A stretch of DNA of 61,516 nucleotides, filler included, from Choristocarpus tenellus KU-1152 (lineage: Eukaryota > Protista > Phaeophyceae), in assembly GCA_964200185.2 (NCBI GenBank). It is 9 parts of 9 records of this genome, joined end to end, with 100 filler letters (N's around TTAATTAATTAA, not from the genome) between each part and the next. Parts side by side here need not be neighbours in the genome. Positions count along the whole stretch, not along the records: positions 1 to 4,839 come from CAXNAD020012851.1; positions 4,940 to 11,845 come from CAXNAD020007093.1; positions 11,946 to 19,100 come from CAXNAD020006608.1; 6 more parts are not named here. One strand, 5' to 3'. Under the pieces are notes generated by a model, which saw nothing but the letters and a program-made list of their open reading frames with translations, made no database searches and was not told the DNA's origin. Of the stretch, positions 1-12,545 are shown piece by piece (the stretch's first letter is position 1; the number at the start of each line of letters is the position of its first letter). The translations under genes were made by a program, and so were the position numbers.

Positions 1-133
1 ACAAACAATGAAAATAAAAATACTTTTAAAAATAGGTTCTCATGTCATTCAGAGTAAGGTTTCACCAGTCAAGACACAAATAAAAATATTTGTCAGACAA
101 CACAAGCCACGAAAAAAAAAAAATGAACACAAA

Positions 134-162
134 CTACTACTACTAATACTACTATTATCACC

Positions 163-237
<75 letters not shown>

Positions 238-272
238 CCTATTACTACTACTACTACTACTAGCAGTAGTAA
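134..272. repeat. compound trinucleotide microsatellite (CTA/CCA/ATA)n
   Basis: Runs of cta, cca and ata are directly visible. They explain the poly-L, poly-S and poly-V ORFs in the track. Confidence 0.95.
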
Positions 273-744
273 TACTGGGTATGGCTCCCACAAAAAAAAA
301 TTAATGATACGTACTCCACCGGATGAGGTGACAATGAGCTGTGCTGCTGTGCTAGACGAATCAAGAGCTTGTTCCACCGAGGCGGCCGGGTAAATCTCTG
401 TGTAAAAGAAATTTCTAAGAACTAGAACTATCACCATCGCCACATACACATATATCGATCGGCCTGGCCTGTCCATCACTGCGTGGGAGAAGATTCTTCA
501 AGATTCTTCATATAAAAATCGAACAAGAGGAGCCAAAAGCGGAACGAGGAGAGCAAGAGACTTTCCATTACCTGGGCGCACAAATGACCTCAACCTCAAA
601 ACGCCTACAGGGCAAAAACCGACAAAACCCGGGACACACCGCAGGCCCTCAACTCTCGCTGTGTTCCCGAAGTCGACCTCTTTGTCCCAACCTCGCCCTC
701 TCACAACCCTCGAAATAACCGGAAACTCTAACCCCTGATCTCTC

Positions 745-748
745 AACA

Positions 749-789
<41 letters not shown>

Positions 790-792
790 ACA
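745..792. repeat. (CA)n microsatellite
   Basis: Visible CA dinucleotide run. Confidence 0.9.
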
Positions 793-1799
793 TATAACTA
801 GCTAGCAATGACTAGCTTACTTGCAGTACAAACGTAGGAGAGATGACAATTGTGTGTTTACAAGAGATAAATGTCCTGATGAAGTAATTCAGCACTAAAC
901 AAGCTATTCCATGAACAGGTGGGGACTGCTGAATACGAGAAACAGAAGTTCGAAACATGCGAGTCAGACAGGCCTGATGGGCCTTCTTCCCTCCAGATAA
1001 AGTGAGCCTAGCAACAAGCACAACAGGTAGGTCCTGGTGCTGGCGATAATTCATACTACAACCCAGTGATTTGAAGAGCACCTGATTTAAAAACAAACTG
1101 CACTATAGCCTGCAAGTGAGCGTGCAGTGTGCCCCCACCAATACTTCATCCTACGGGTGCATTGCGCCTCCCACAGTCTACATCAGTATGCTACTATGCA
1201 AGACTGGGCATGTTGGATGGCACCCACTCATTAAAGCACTCAGATCCCATCCACAAACAGGCATGAAATAGCTCAACATGCTTCCACGGTTTATCTTGAA
1301 CAAATTGTTCAGCTCGTGAGCAGGTTGCCAAGGTGAAGCTTACGATAGTCGAACGTGGTCTAAAGGGACCTTTTATCTGTCAAGTGTTTGCATGAAATTC
1401 GCTCTTTTGTACTAGTATACAGAAACAAATGCACTAAAGCATTGGTACTATGATATTGCCGTACACAATCATTATAAGCACATATTTCTAACTACAGATC
1501 GTGGAAGAAAAATGCTACTCTACAGATCTCAGCAACATTTTTAACTTTCCAATACACTGCCAATGAGTTAACTCAAGTCGGTCTTGTTGGAGAACAGGTG
1601 TTTCATCCTTTCCGAAACCCAAATACCAAGTGTTATGCAGAGATGAACCTCAACAAGTACTCAGCTACTTCAACACCATACCACTCATATGCAAGGTGAA
1701 CAACCGTGCCCCCGACCAGTCCCAACCTTGCTTGCATCCCCTATCCCCAGAAGTAAAACACCAAATCTTATATACCACACGTACTATGTAACGACTCAA

Positions 1800-2463
1800 C
1801 TGGGGTCTTCCATCAGCTTGACTGCAAGAGATTGAGAGCTCCCAGGCTCGCTGAAGTATACAGGAACCACCGGTGGAGACTCTCCCTTTAAAACTGGGGC
1901 AAGGTCCGATTCCCTGTCCTCGGAGGTCAGAGGCCCCACTACAAAAACCATATCGAATGGTCCAGCACGGGACCTTGATTTTCCGAGGGGAGGCAAAGGT
2001 CAGGAAATTGCGTAGGTCAAGGAGGAAAGTGAACTCGGAGGATACAGAGCAGGGTATGGTGCTCTCTAGTATCTGGGAGCAATGGCCCAGGAAGGTCAGT
2101 GAGGACACGGCTCCGTTCATTGTAGGTATTTGCGCACACTGGGAAACTGAAGGAAGGGCTGATTCCAGCAACAACTGACCGCCTTTGAAGGAAAGCAGGA
2201 ATGAATAAAGCACACATCATGTTAAAACATCTTATCTTCATCGAGAAAGCACACTTCACCCTTCCTCCCTCAAGGCGATTGTCCCACAACATCAATGTTG
2301 ACAAACCTTAAATTGTGCGTTGCGGATAAGTCCAGCACAAAGGGATGCGGAAAGGGATCAATAAGCGTCTCTCTCCATTAACTCACATGTGGTACTGGTC
2401 GATCTTGGCAAGGAGCTCCGGCACATTGCCCCTGACATCTCCAGCCACTAGTATCTTCACCAT
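1800..2463 (-). CDS. CWF19L1: CWF19-like protein 1 (Drn1/CWF19L1 family), 5' exons encoding the N-terminal metallophosphoesterase-like domain
   Basis: Exon 1 is 2463-2387 (MVKILVAGDVRGNVPELLAKIDQYH, donor GTGAGT, phase 2). It splices to an AG acceptor at 1973 to give MSRAGPFDMVFVVGPLTSEDRESDLAPVLKGESPPVVPVYF, matching the family N-terminus (ILVxGDVxG...GPFDxxxxVG...PxxxY). The end of exon 2 and later exons are not resolved. Confidence 0.75.
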
Positions 2464-4479
2464 CTCTAATACAAGGTTGGAAACCCAAGAAAGGGTCAAT
2501 CTAGTCTACAGTAGTACGTTCCTGAGTCTTCCCGTCCCTTCGAAGCCTACGAGAACCACTGACCACCCTTATTCAGCACGAGGTGGTCTCCTAGGCTACA
2601 GTTGGTAATGACTGGAGGTCACGACATCGTTGCAAACTCGGTTTTGAGTAGTTGTGTCTCCATAGTAGTGGTAATAACCTGATGGTAATCATCTTCGCTC
2701 CAGAGTTTTGAGCTAGCTCCAGAGCAAGATGAGTGTGTATGATACATCATCCAAACAAACATCACACATCATAATGAAATAAGGAAAAAATCAAACTACA
2801 AATTGGACTGCCTTAGAGTACAAAAAAAACGTTCACATTATGCCACATATCAAAAGTGATACGAGGTGAGTAGTGGAGTACAACTACTGGGTACCTAGGT
2901 GCAGGTATCCAGGACAAGGAGTACCCGCAAGAAGACGAGATCAAAATGTTGAAACTTGATCGATGGATGGTCGTTCTGCTTAGCTCGCACATGACCACTT
3001 TGTATGCCCTTTGCTGTGTGAACGGGGTCCAGCAATCACTTGGAGCCAAAAGGAAACCACAGCGCTTCGACCCATTCGTCCTTGCGAGATTATGTCACTC
3101 ATTTTTGAATGATGCAGAAAGGGTTGGGGAAAGCTGGACTGGAGCTGGAAGCAGAGAGTCAACCATGAACAACACAGATTCTAGGGTCAATCCCATCCAT
3201 AGTATGTATGTTGCTACCGGGCAGGGAGGGACTCTGGAGGTGGGATAAACAACCCACAACCTTCTCTGTGCTGTGAATTGTAGTTATCACTTATTGAATC
3301 AGCAAGGTCTTGGAGATCAATTGAGTGCTCGGAGATGATGGTGAAACTTGCCACTGATTCCGAGCCGTCCTATATTAGGGATCGATTTGGACCCACTTCA
3401 GTATTTAGGGCTTTTCGGCCTTCTTCTACCCAACAGTTCATTCCCATGCCTGAAATGCAGATACTAATCAATTTTAGGATGCTGTGACTGGAGAGGAGAA
3501 GACACACAAATGTTCATGTTGTGTCTGAGAGCTTCTCATGACTGGTTGTTGAAGAAACTGGAGATGGAACAAAGGGCAGACTCGGTCAGTCCTTAGTATG
3601 GCAGCAAGCAATGCTATCTGGGCTTGATGCTCCTCCGTTGTCATATTACTCAAAACAGGCATGGCGAAGTTTTATACATATTATATATATTATACATACG
3701 CTGCAGTACCTACCTAGCTATTATTGTGAACTCCATCGAAATTCACTCAGCATCCTTGCTTAAATTGAGCTGGAGAGTTGCTGTTATCAGTTCCTGCCTG
3801 CTGTTCTTCACCCACAATTAACATTATTTGATAATGTGGCATGTATCTGAAGGATCTCAGACGCATTGTCGAAAAGGTTGTCCAAAGAAGGGAATAATAA
3901 GCACTTCGCAAAAAGGCAACAAAGGACCATAAAAATAGATCAGTGAATCAAGAACAAAAGAAGAAAACAAAACCAAAAAAAAGGAAGGAATAGAATCCAG
4001 AGGAGAAAAGCACTATCACCCAAATAAAAAATAAAAATAAAAAGGAAGGGAAGATAGAAAGTGAACAAAGGATGCACGTGAAATCCGCCTAAGAAGAAGG
4101 CACCTTTCAGCCGACAGTGGTGGTGGTGGTGCTGGACGCATGTTCAACATGCAATCCTCGAGTGATTGCCGACACCATAAAGTGGAATAAAAGCTATTAT
4201 GCTCTCTAGGAGCTATTTCAGCTATTTGGGGGGGGCTAGGAGAGTTTCAAGCGAGCTTCCTTACCAGCTTAGAATGGTGACCTCAATGCTCAATGCCACA
4301 GGTGGTAGACGATGTCTGGATGATCAATAAAAAAAAATCAGCCAAATCAACATTGATTTTTTTTTGTTTGGATTAGAAACAGTTTGCGACTAAACCTCAT
4401 CAAGAATGGGGAGGGATTGACTGGGTAAGAAATTGTCAAAGTATATATAATAATAAACATTCAAGTACAAGTTATATAT

Positions 4480-4779
4480 TGTGCAATATTGACTGATAGT
4501 CTATATGGTTTATACGTGTTTAGTGAACACTACTAGATAATAGGAATGTTGGCTAAGTGGAACAAGTGTCATTGACTTCTGTGTTCGTGTCTGTAAAGTA
4601 ATGAGGTCGAAAGTAATGGGTCGAATCTCAGATGATCGCTTTCGTATTACTTGATATAAATGGACTGTTGGAGGAGTTCTGACATAGTACTAGCTAGCTC
4701 TAGCTACACAGGATAAGTGACATAGTACGATGCAACGGCAGAACACGTCTTGATGTGTCAGCTGATGAGTCAGCTAACA
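4480..4779 (+). repeat. ~300-bp dispersed repeat, copy 1, possible solo LTR
   Basis: Near-identical to 15597-15864. Starts TG and ends CA, but the CA overlaps the next element. Confidence 0.7.
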
Positions 4780-4839
4780 GGGGAATCTCAAAATTGAGGA
4801 AGGCGCGGGACTATGAGGATGGGTTTTTTGCGAAAACGG
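4778..4839 (+). mobile_element. terminus of a DNA transposon, possibly hAT-like (CAGGGGAATCTCAAA...), at contig end
   Basis: The same ~60 bp occurs at 19034-19100 and both copies end a contig. CAGGGG termini are typical of hAT elements; the family call is tentative. Confidence 0.5.
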
Positions 4840-4939
4840 NNNNNNNNNNNNNNNNNNNNNNNNNNNNNNNNNNNNNNNNNNNNTTAATTAATTAANNNNN
4901 NNNNNNNNNNNNNNNNNNNNNNNNNNNNNNNNNNNNNNN
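4840..4939. other. artificial contig linker N44-TTAATTAATTAA-N44
   Basis: Identical 100-nt linker with stop codons in all six frames, found 8 times in the window. Confidence 0.98.
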
Positions 4940-4953
4940 CTCATTGCACTTCA

Positions 4954-5133
4954 GGACTAAAGTATTTGTGGAGGGGGGGGTCTACACCAGGGTGTCCATT
5001 TGGGACAAAATCAGGAAAAGTGCATTTACTTTGTCCATCCGACGTATGCAACCAAATCACCCCAAAAATCGCAACATGAAAAAAATTGACTCCAAATAGA
5101 CAGCCGCCACCCCCCCCCCGGATACTTTGAGCG
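4954..5133. mobile_element. MITE family A (~175 bp; TIR GGCTCAAAGTATCTGGGGG)
   Basis: Terminal inverted repeats and a 4-bp TSD TTCA (4950-4953, 5134-5137). Many other copies occur in the window. Confidence 0.8.
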
Positions 5134-5175
5134 TTCACCCTCCACCCAGGACCCTCCACTTGATAGTGGCGCAGA

Positions 5176-8100
5176 TTAAGTTGGATACCAATCCCTCCCG
5201 CGCGGTTCAGGCACGCTGATAGCTGCAACATGTTTCCTCAAAAGATAGATTAGTCGACCAGCATTGCTCGAAAAAGTCCCCACAAACAAGTCAGCGTTGA
5301 CAAGCTGTTCCACATCCACAAGGAAGAACAATTGGGTCCAGTAGGTCTATCGTGTTTTTTGGGGCGATAATGCAAGGACAAGGAAGCAAAGTCAAACCGT
5401 TATAGGAGTGGCATCAAGAACAAACAAGACATTAGCTGTTGACTACGAGCTTGTTGACTTGCTCAAACTAGGATCACATACAAGTGGGAACAGAATCACA
5501 ATGAACTACATGTAGGTCAACGGATGTACTTCCTGCACAGTTATTTCTCGCTAAAATCATGATGAATTTACCAGGTTCGTTTGGCAATCCTATATTATGG
5601 TACCCCACAAACGTACCTGATGTTGAGTCGTGGTGGGGGTCTTGTGAGCTAGGTCGAATCCTTTGATCCCTGCTGATGCGAAGACAATGTCTATGTCAGA
5701 CTTGAAGAAGTTTGGGGCTAGTTCCCTCACTTCCTTCTCCACATCCTTGTCATCTGAAGCCAAGTATATTGCTCTAATTTCTGCAGGCGATGGTGTCCGT
5801 CTCTCGTCACATTCTTCTGGAAGATCACCCTCGTAACTGCACGCAGTCATGTATGCCAGTGCTGTTTCGAGGTACACCTTAGTCTCAACGGGTGGGGCCT
5901 CACGTATCTTGTCCCCACGTCTGATGTGCATGCCAATGAATGGGCCCTCACGCACGCTTAGGGGCATCCTTTCCAGAACCGACCGAATATCTTCATGAAC
6001 CCATGGTTGAATATTGTTCCAAATATGAGAAACCAATGCCTACATGCAAAGAAGAAGAGGAAGCAAAGAAGTGTGAGAATGGCTGTATTGACATTGTGTA
6101 GGGGATAGATTGAGATGAAAGTTGTTGGCACATGATTCAAAACCACCTATTTTACATCGAACAGTGTAGTAGCGATGATGGGAGGGCAACAAGCATTTCT
6201 GCAAAATGCACTGGACTATTGATACTTCATAGACCCCGGCACAATGCTGATTGCGAAAGTGCTAAGAACGCATTTTTCCAGCGAGAATCCATATGGGTAA
6301 CAAGTGTTGCACTGGCCTCTGAGTTTTACTGTGCACCACAACTTATTTCATTCATGTCATATATTGAAAGGCAAACACTTGTCAACTCTGGTTCCCTCAG
6401 TATCTTACTGAGATGTAACATTGTGTATCCACAATAGCGCAAGAAGATAAAGTTATATGTTTGGATAGCATTTCCTACCCCTCTGTTAGATGCAACAACT
6501 ACAGCCAATATACTTGACATTCAAATAATAATTTGACCCAATGTATCTGGGGGGGAGGTCTACACCAGGGTGTCCATTTGCCCCAAAATCAGGAAGAGTG
6601 CATTTACATTATCCATCTGACGTATGGATATCATCCGTTATCCTAAGTACTTTCACACCAGGGATGAAAAAATACAGAAAACGAACATGCCCGCATAATC
6701 TGACTGAAATAGCAACAAATGAAACAGAAATATAAATTCACCACTGAATGCGATAACCTAGTAACTTGCTCAATATTATTGGCCTTATCTGCATGTCTTT
6801 GCTTTCTAATAACTTAGGTCCTTCACAACCTTGTTTACCCTTCACTCCATTATTTCCAATACAAAATAGTCTCATGCACTAGCGGCCTCAAGGATTTACA
6901 CTCACACAATTTCTGTCACAATATGTGACCGGTTCCCCCTCGTGAATTTCCTACACCTAGTATTACATGTATTGAACACCAAACTAACCTCACGGGCTTC
7001 CCTCATTCTAGGCCTCGTGCGATCTTGCCACCTCCCTAATTTCCAATCTGGTTGAGTCATGAGGTTGATATCCTTCCTCAAAGTCTCGTCCTTCATCTGC
7101 TCTGAGGCTCCCATCTCACCAAGGAATCTTAAGTAGTCCTTCATTGAGGGGTTGAAGAAGTGTAGGCAGGCGCTGATATGGTCAAACGGCACATTTCGTA
7201 CTAATATTAGAACTTCAGCTGTTGCAGCAGGGGCGGGTATACTTCCCTTGAGCACACACTAAGACAATATCACTCATGATATTTGTTAAAACCGGTGCAT
7301 GAAACGTATGTTGCCAGTATTGTCGACATAGTGCGATTCATTGGCCCGGAAGAGATGGTATGGCAGTCACAATACCTTTATTTTTTGTCTACTTCAACAC
7401 CAGAAGAGCTGGTTGCACACCCATCACTGCTGTATCAGTCAGGAAGAGTGAAGAAGTTATAATGCGCCTGCCCCACGTGACATATTATCAAATGGAGATG
7501 TGTTGCTTACAAGTACTAGCGAAATGCTTGTTCTTATCTCGACAGTAAAACAATGGAACCACACGGTTAAGGGGAGGAATAACAAAGACACTACTCGATT
7601 CACGAGGATACCATGCCAAATTTTGTGCATCTCTCACATCAATTTTGCGGAATATGCACATGTGTGGCGCTAGCGGCTTGATGAAGCAGTATATTCCGAA
7701 GGCCTTGACGCTGGAACTAGGAGCTTCTGATTTGGTTATGTAGTCTTCTAGAGTTGTTACATTGGTTGCCCATCGCCCGGCCAGGATGTTCTCCTCGCAG
7801 TTCACCTGGTCCATAATGCCTCCATCAATAATTGCCATATTATCTAGCCCGTAATAAAGTGCACCATTTACCCAACTGGCCATCATATCTGTGCGGCGTA
7901 TGCATGGTGAGAAGACCATCAGTAGACCGTCTTCGAATAAATGATTTCTTGTCCAAACAGACGTGTCGCAGTACTTGGTTGCAATGTTATCACGAGAAGC
8001 ACAGATTTGCTTTCGTGCCGTTACTATACTATGGGAGGTAAGGGCAAGAACAAAGTGATGGACACACAAAGTAGGAGAACCCATCCTGCGAGGTTGTGGT

Positions 8101-8673
8101 AGACGGATACCAAAAGTAAATATCAAGGGACCTGGTCGAAAATTTGGTGACCTTAGTTCAGCTGAGTGAGAATCGTACTGACAAGTACAAAAAGCTAATT
8201 TTCAAGGCATTGCTACCAGGTCAATTCCCCACTTCTGCAGAGTTCTACATCTCGAGGCACTCAATATCATGTTGACATGGCCTTTACAATTGTTATCTCT
8301 CACACAGTTCATATTGCTGCCCCAGCCTCCTGTCCTCCACTGGTAGAATCCCGTCGCGCCGCTTCTGCATCCTACAGGGTCTGTGGTATAGTTTTTCATA
8401 TAGGCACTAGAAAAGATGTACGGCTCGGCATGGGCCTCGAAGGGGAACACAGGATACAATAGTTTAGTCCCCTCATCTTCAGCAGACTGAATACGGTGAT
8501 TTAAAACCTTTCTCCAGGATTCACTCTCAAGTTCTCCAGAAGATGACTGTGTGAGGAGGCATCCCATGCAGCAAATCAGCAGGGACCTACCAACCGACGA
8601 CTGTTAAGAGTATGAAGGGAAGGAACGGTGGTGAATGGTTCATCAGGTTCCTCGAAACAGATTGCAGAATTAT
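5176..8673 (-). CDS. alpha-1,6-fucosyltransferase-like glycosyltransferase (GT23, FUT8/NodZ type), 5' end not located
   Basis: Exons 8673-8591, 8546-8306, 7888-~7550, ~7200-6989, 6039-5617 and 5346-5176 (stop TAA). Resolved junctions are GT-AG with matching phases; the ~7550/~7200 junction is unresolved. Motifs GWGSNMNY, IGMHIRRGDK, IYLASDD and DVEQLVNADLFVGTFSSNAGRL correspond to the conserved alpha-2/alpha-6 fucosyltransferase motifs. Confidence 0.88.
6537..6630. mobile_element. MITE family A, partial copy in a fucosyltransferase intron
   Basis: Matches the 5' half of 4954-5133. Confidence 0.7.
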
Positions 8674-9900
8674 CTGTCAACAGTCCAATCAATATGAGAA
8701 TTACTTTCAGTGCGGCAGAGATATTGTTAGGTTGGACTACCTCAGAGCGGTAGCACCATCTGTCACAAACCTTTTCCTGGGGAATAGAGGACATGTTACG
8801 GTGCTCTTGTTAGGTCAGAAACCTGTACATGTTCCAAACCAAATAGCAGTATGAAATGTGAAAGTAATATTGAGTGAAGAGGGTTTTAAGCGTCCTGCAC
8901 CTACTGTTAAAAACTAAACAATAAGGACTATCGTACCCAGGTCCTTTCTCAAACCGCAATCCTTCAGAAGTTCGAAATCTCGATCATCCCTCAAATTTGG
9001 ATATTGTGATTTCTAACATCAAATCACATGAAAGCAATAATACAACTTTTTTTTTCCTCTCAGGTATCTACAAAATGTCCCCTCTAAACATATTATAATA
9101 TGTTCCTACTTTTTAATTGCTCGATGAAGAATGTAAAATATTTACCATACAATACTATACCTTCTACACAAATCACAATGGTATTTTTTCTGTTCTCGTA
9201 TTGATAAAAAATTGATACTATACTTCTCCCCATATAACTTAATCTTTTCCGTTGTTCAAGGAGCTATTTTGTGTAGTAATCTGAGAGATATTTGTTGATT
9301 TGTTCTTTCATAAACTTGCTAAATGTTGCTAGTACTGGTGAAATCAAGATGTAGTAGAAATGCATACACCCCAAATTCGAGTGAGTATGGTAGTCACCTA
9401 CCAAGATAGACGTTTAAAGTGCCCTTGAGAAGATACATGTCAAAGTTTCTCGCTTTATCAAATCAGCACTTCCTTGTTCACGACGTCAATTCGGGGTGGT
9501 TCTGAGTGGAGGTTACAAACCCCCCTCATTCACTTTCCTGTTGACTCTTTACCCAAGGGACCTTCTGATGGAATGTTCACTCTCTTCCCTTTTCTCTCTC
9601 CTTTCCTTTCCCTTGTCCCTCAGATCTTCCCTGTTCCGTTCGGTCTGATGAACATGTCTCCCCATATCCAATTGTTTCACGCGAATACGTTTCAGATATT
9701 TATATAATGAAGAAATGAATTGAATAGAATTGCCCTCTACTCCAAACATATCAATACCGTCTGATAAAACATCAGATTCATGCGATACCAATTAGATGGA
9801 ACCAATTTTGTGTATGGAATAAGGATTTGACCCATGATACAATTCCGTCAAGTTTGAACAAAGTAAGGGATTGGAGAGCAGAATATGATATTTTATTTTT

Positions 9901-9950
9901 ATTATTATGCCCTCTGACATTTTGCAGATGTGTCAGGGGAAAACCAATGA
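9901..9950. repeat. dispersed palindromic motif TGACA-N11-TGTCA, copy 1 of 4
   Basis: Also at 27470-27519, 55812-55851 and partially at 47120-47143. Confidence 0.75.
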
Positions 9951-10853
9951 TATTTTTTAGTAGTTCCTATTTTCAAAATTGTTGTTCTCTTTGAACTATA
10001 ATAAGTATTGATGACAACGCTAGTGTGATGGATCCCAAATCAAGGTTTAAGTTAGGAACATATCGTTCGACTCTATCGACTCATTCCAAAAAACTCTGGA
10101 ATCCCGATAAACAAGAAAGGGGTTGTTTTATTAAGTAATTCGAGTGTGGTGAGTTTGAGAATTCGTAGAAAGAAATACGTATGGTAACGTGAGTGTTGGC
10201 AAGGGAAAAAAGAAGAGAGTTGGAAGGTGGACGAAAAACTAAGGACTGGGTGACTAGGAGACAGAAGAGATAGGAGAGAAGATAAAGAAATGGGTGGTAG
10301 GTGGAGTCATGAGGTAGGAAGGAAAGGGGCAGAACTAAAGGCAAAGCTAAGGGCGGTGGTGCAGGACAGGCAGGGTAGGATCAACGCAACCTCCAAGCAA
10401 TATTTCTAACTAGAGATGGCAGAAAAAGGGGTAAGGACGCTTCAAACCGTCCCTCGATGTGGGAGGGCTTGATGGGAAGATCTTAGAGGAAAAGGGGAGA
10501 TGGAGAGGGAGGGAGAGGTGGAGAGGTTGAGGAGTGGAAGAAGAGAAGGGGCCTGGGGAAGAGGACGACCAGATAGCAGCGATTGTGAGTATGTTCAAAT
10601 ATTCTTTTGAATGCTGACACGGCTTTCCCCTTTGACAGTTGAGATTAGCTCTGACAGTCACAGGCGTGCCCTAGAAGATTGTCGATATATAATAGTTGAT
10701 ATTATAAATATCTCATTTGCCGACACGGCTACCCTTTCTGTAATAGTCTCTCTCTAGTAGAACTGAATTGCTTGGTCAACATTGGAAGTGAGTTGGTACG
10801 GTTTCTTTCTACTACTTCTGCCACTGACAGTCGTCTAGAACAACCCTACGGAG

Positions 10854-10994
10854 ACAAACTATCTGGGAGGGGATGACGGGTGTCCATTTGGGGCTCATTT
10901 TGCCATGTCGCGATTTTCGGGTGATTTAGTTGTGCGTGTATCGGATGATGATGTATTTCATAGACCTGCGTGAATCTACCCCCGTATTCTTGCG
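10854..10994. mobile_element. MITE family A, degenerate copy
   Basis: Shares the internal sequence tgtccatttggggctcatttt...catgtcgcgatttt and decayed TIRs. Confidence 0.65.
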
Positions 10995-11845
10995 CTCAAG
11001 AAGTATGGGAAAATGGACTGTGATTGGTTTGTGTTATTTAATATATTTACTTGATGAAGTGAATTTGTGGTTTAATTGGTTTAAGTATGGTGTAGTATAG
11101 TACCGAAACGACCATTTTAAAGACATCATGTCGACTTTTGATATACAGAGGCGAGTATGGCAATACAGGGAGAGTTGGGGTAAACGAGAGGTTCCGTCTA
11201 GCTGGAAAGATATGGCGTAAGTTTGTTTCAAAGTTCCGTGTTTTTGAGGAACATCTACATCAAAATTTTGGAATAGTGTTCAAAGTTCAAAACAATATGA
11301 AAATCTAACCCCTTAGGTCGAAACTGGTACGTTATTCTAGGATGTGTGTGTGATTGACGGAGGGTCTATAAAGACCAGTTTGTAATGCAGAACTGCCAAA
11401 AACGGGTTACCCTTCGTTAACCTTGGTTCTTTATGTAGATGAAGCGGGTAGATCCTAAGAAGTTTGATATGCCCAACATACATATGTAATGAGGACGATT
11501 GTCTATGCAATACACTGCATCGTGTAATGGGTGATTGAGCTCCCTTTACAGCAGGGCAAAAAATTGTTGTTGAGGTGAACTGTTAAGCTGTCCTTGACGA
11601 TCTGTTGTCCCACACACAACCAGTTATGTTACTGTTTATTAGTCTGTGTCAAAGTTGAGAAGCGAGTGAGACACCATCACCAGATGGGGCTCACCAAACC
11701 TTACCGCAAATAAGTCAGAATACCAAATTATCCTACCGTTCTCTAGAACACTTCAGAAACACTCTGATTCTAACATTCCGCGAAACTTCTTCTGGTCAAA
11801 TACCCCATCAAAATATCCCGAATGTATTGTATGATGGTTTGTGTA

Positions 11846-11945
11846 NNNNNNNNNNNNNNNNNNNNNNNNNNNNNNNNNNNNNNNNNNNNTTAATTAATTA
11901 ANNNNNNNNNNNNNNNNNNNNNNNNNNNNNNNNNNNNNNNNNNNN
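11846..11945. other. artificial contig linker
   Basis: N44-TTAATTAATTAA-N44. Confidence 0.98.
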
Positions 11946-12019
<74 letters not shown>

Positions 12020-12545
12020 TAAGGAGTGAGCCCAAGTGGTGTGGAAAGGGGAGGAGGAAGAGGGGGAGAATCCTTCCTTTTTATGTTTTTTTTCTTGTTG
12101 GAACAGATATTAGGGTTAGGGTTAGGGTGATCTTTTTTTTTTACCGCTCAAAACAAATCCGGTGTAAGAAAAATAAAAACCTACCAGCACACTTTTTTTG
12201 TTTTTTCAATGCATTGGTGTAGTAGCATCCCCTGTGTTACTGCATAAAATAATTGCGTGTCATGCCCCTGACGATAGCTTTCATTCCTCCTGTACAATTT
12301 AGGGTATACCCTCAAGGAGACATTTATTTACAGCATCCTACGTAAGTGCATTGGTGTCTTGGTCAACAAAAAAAAAATGTAAACATAATTGGGTGTGAAA
12401 TCGTCTTGAGACCTGCGAGGTGATTGTTTTTGTTGATTCCTATACACCACTATTTTCCTATTAATACCCTGCTCACCGAAGGCTGCAATCGCCTGCGGCA
12501 CCACTGAACTCCCCCGCTCGCTCTTCCCCCCCCCCATGGCAATAG

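Noticed and set aside
8-304. ORFs with poly-Leu/Ile/Ser/Val tracts
   Set aside because: Translations of a trinucleotide microsatellite.
311-398. Possible further CWF19L1 exon (EIYPAASVEQ...LIVTSSGG)
   Set aside because: Splice signals are plausible, but protein similarity is too weak and the phase could not be linked to the upstream exons.
4884-4895. Palindromic TTAATTAATTAA motif repeated eight times
   Set aside because: Artificial six-frame-stop linker, not biological.
11946-12018. 73-nt poly-G tract (G-quadruplex candidate)
   Set aside because: It lies at a contig edge next to Ns, so its length is unreliable and may be a sequencing artefact.
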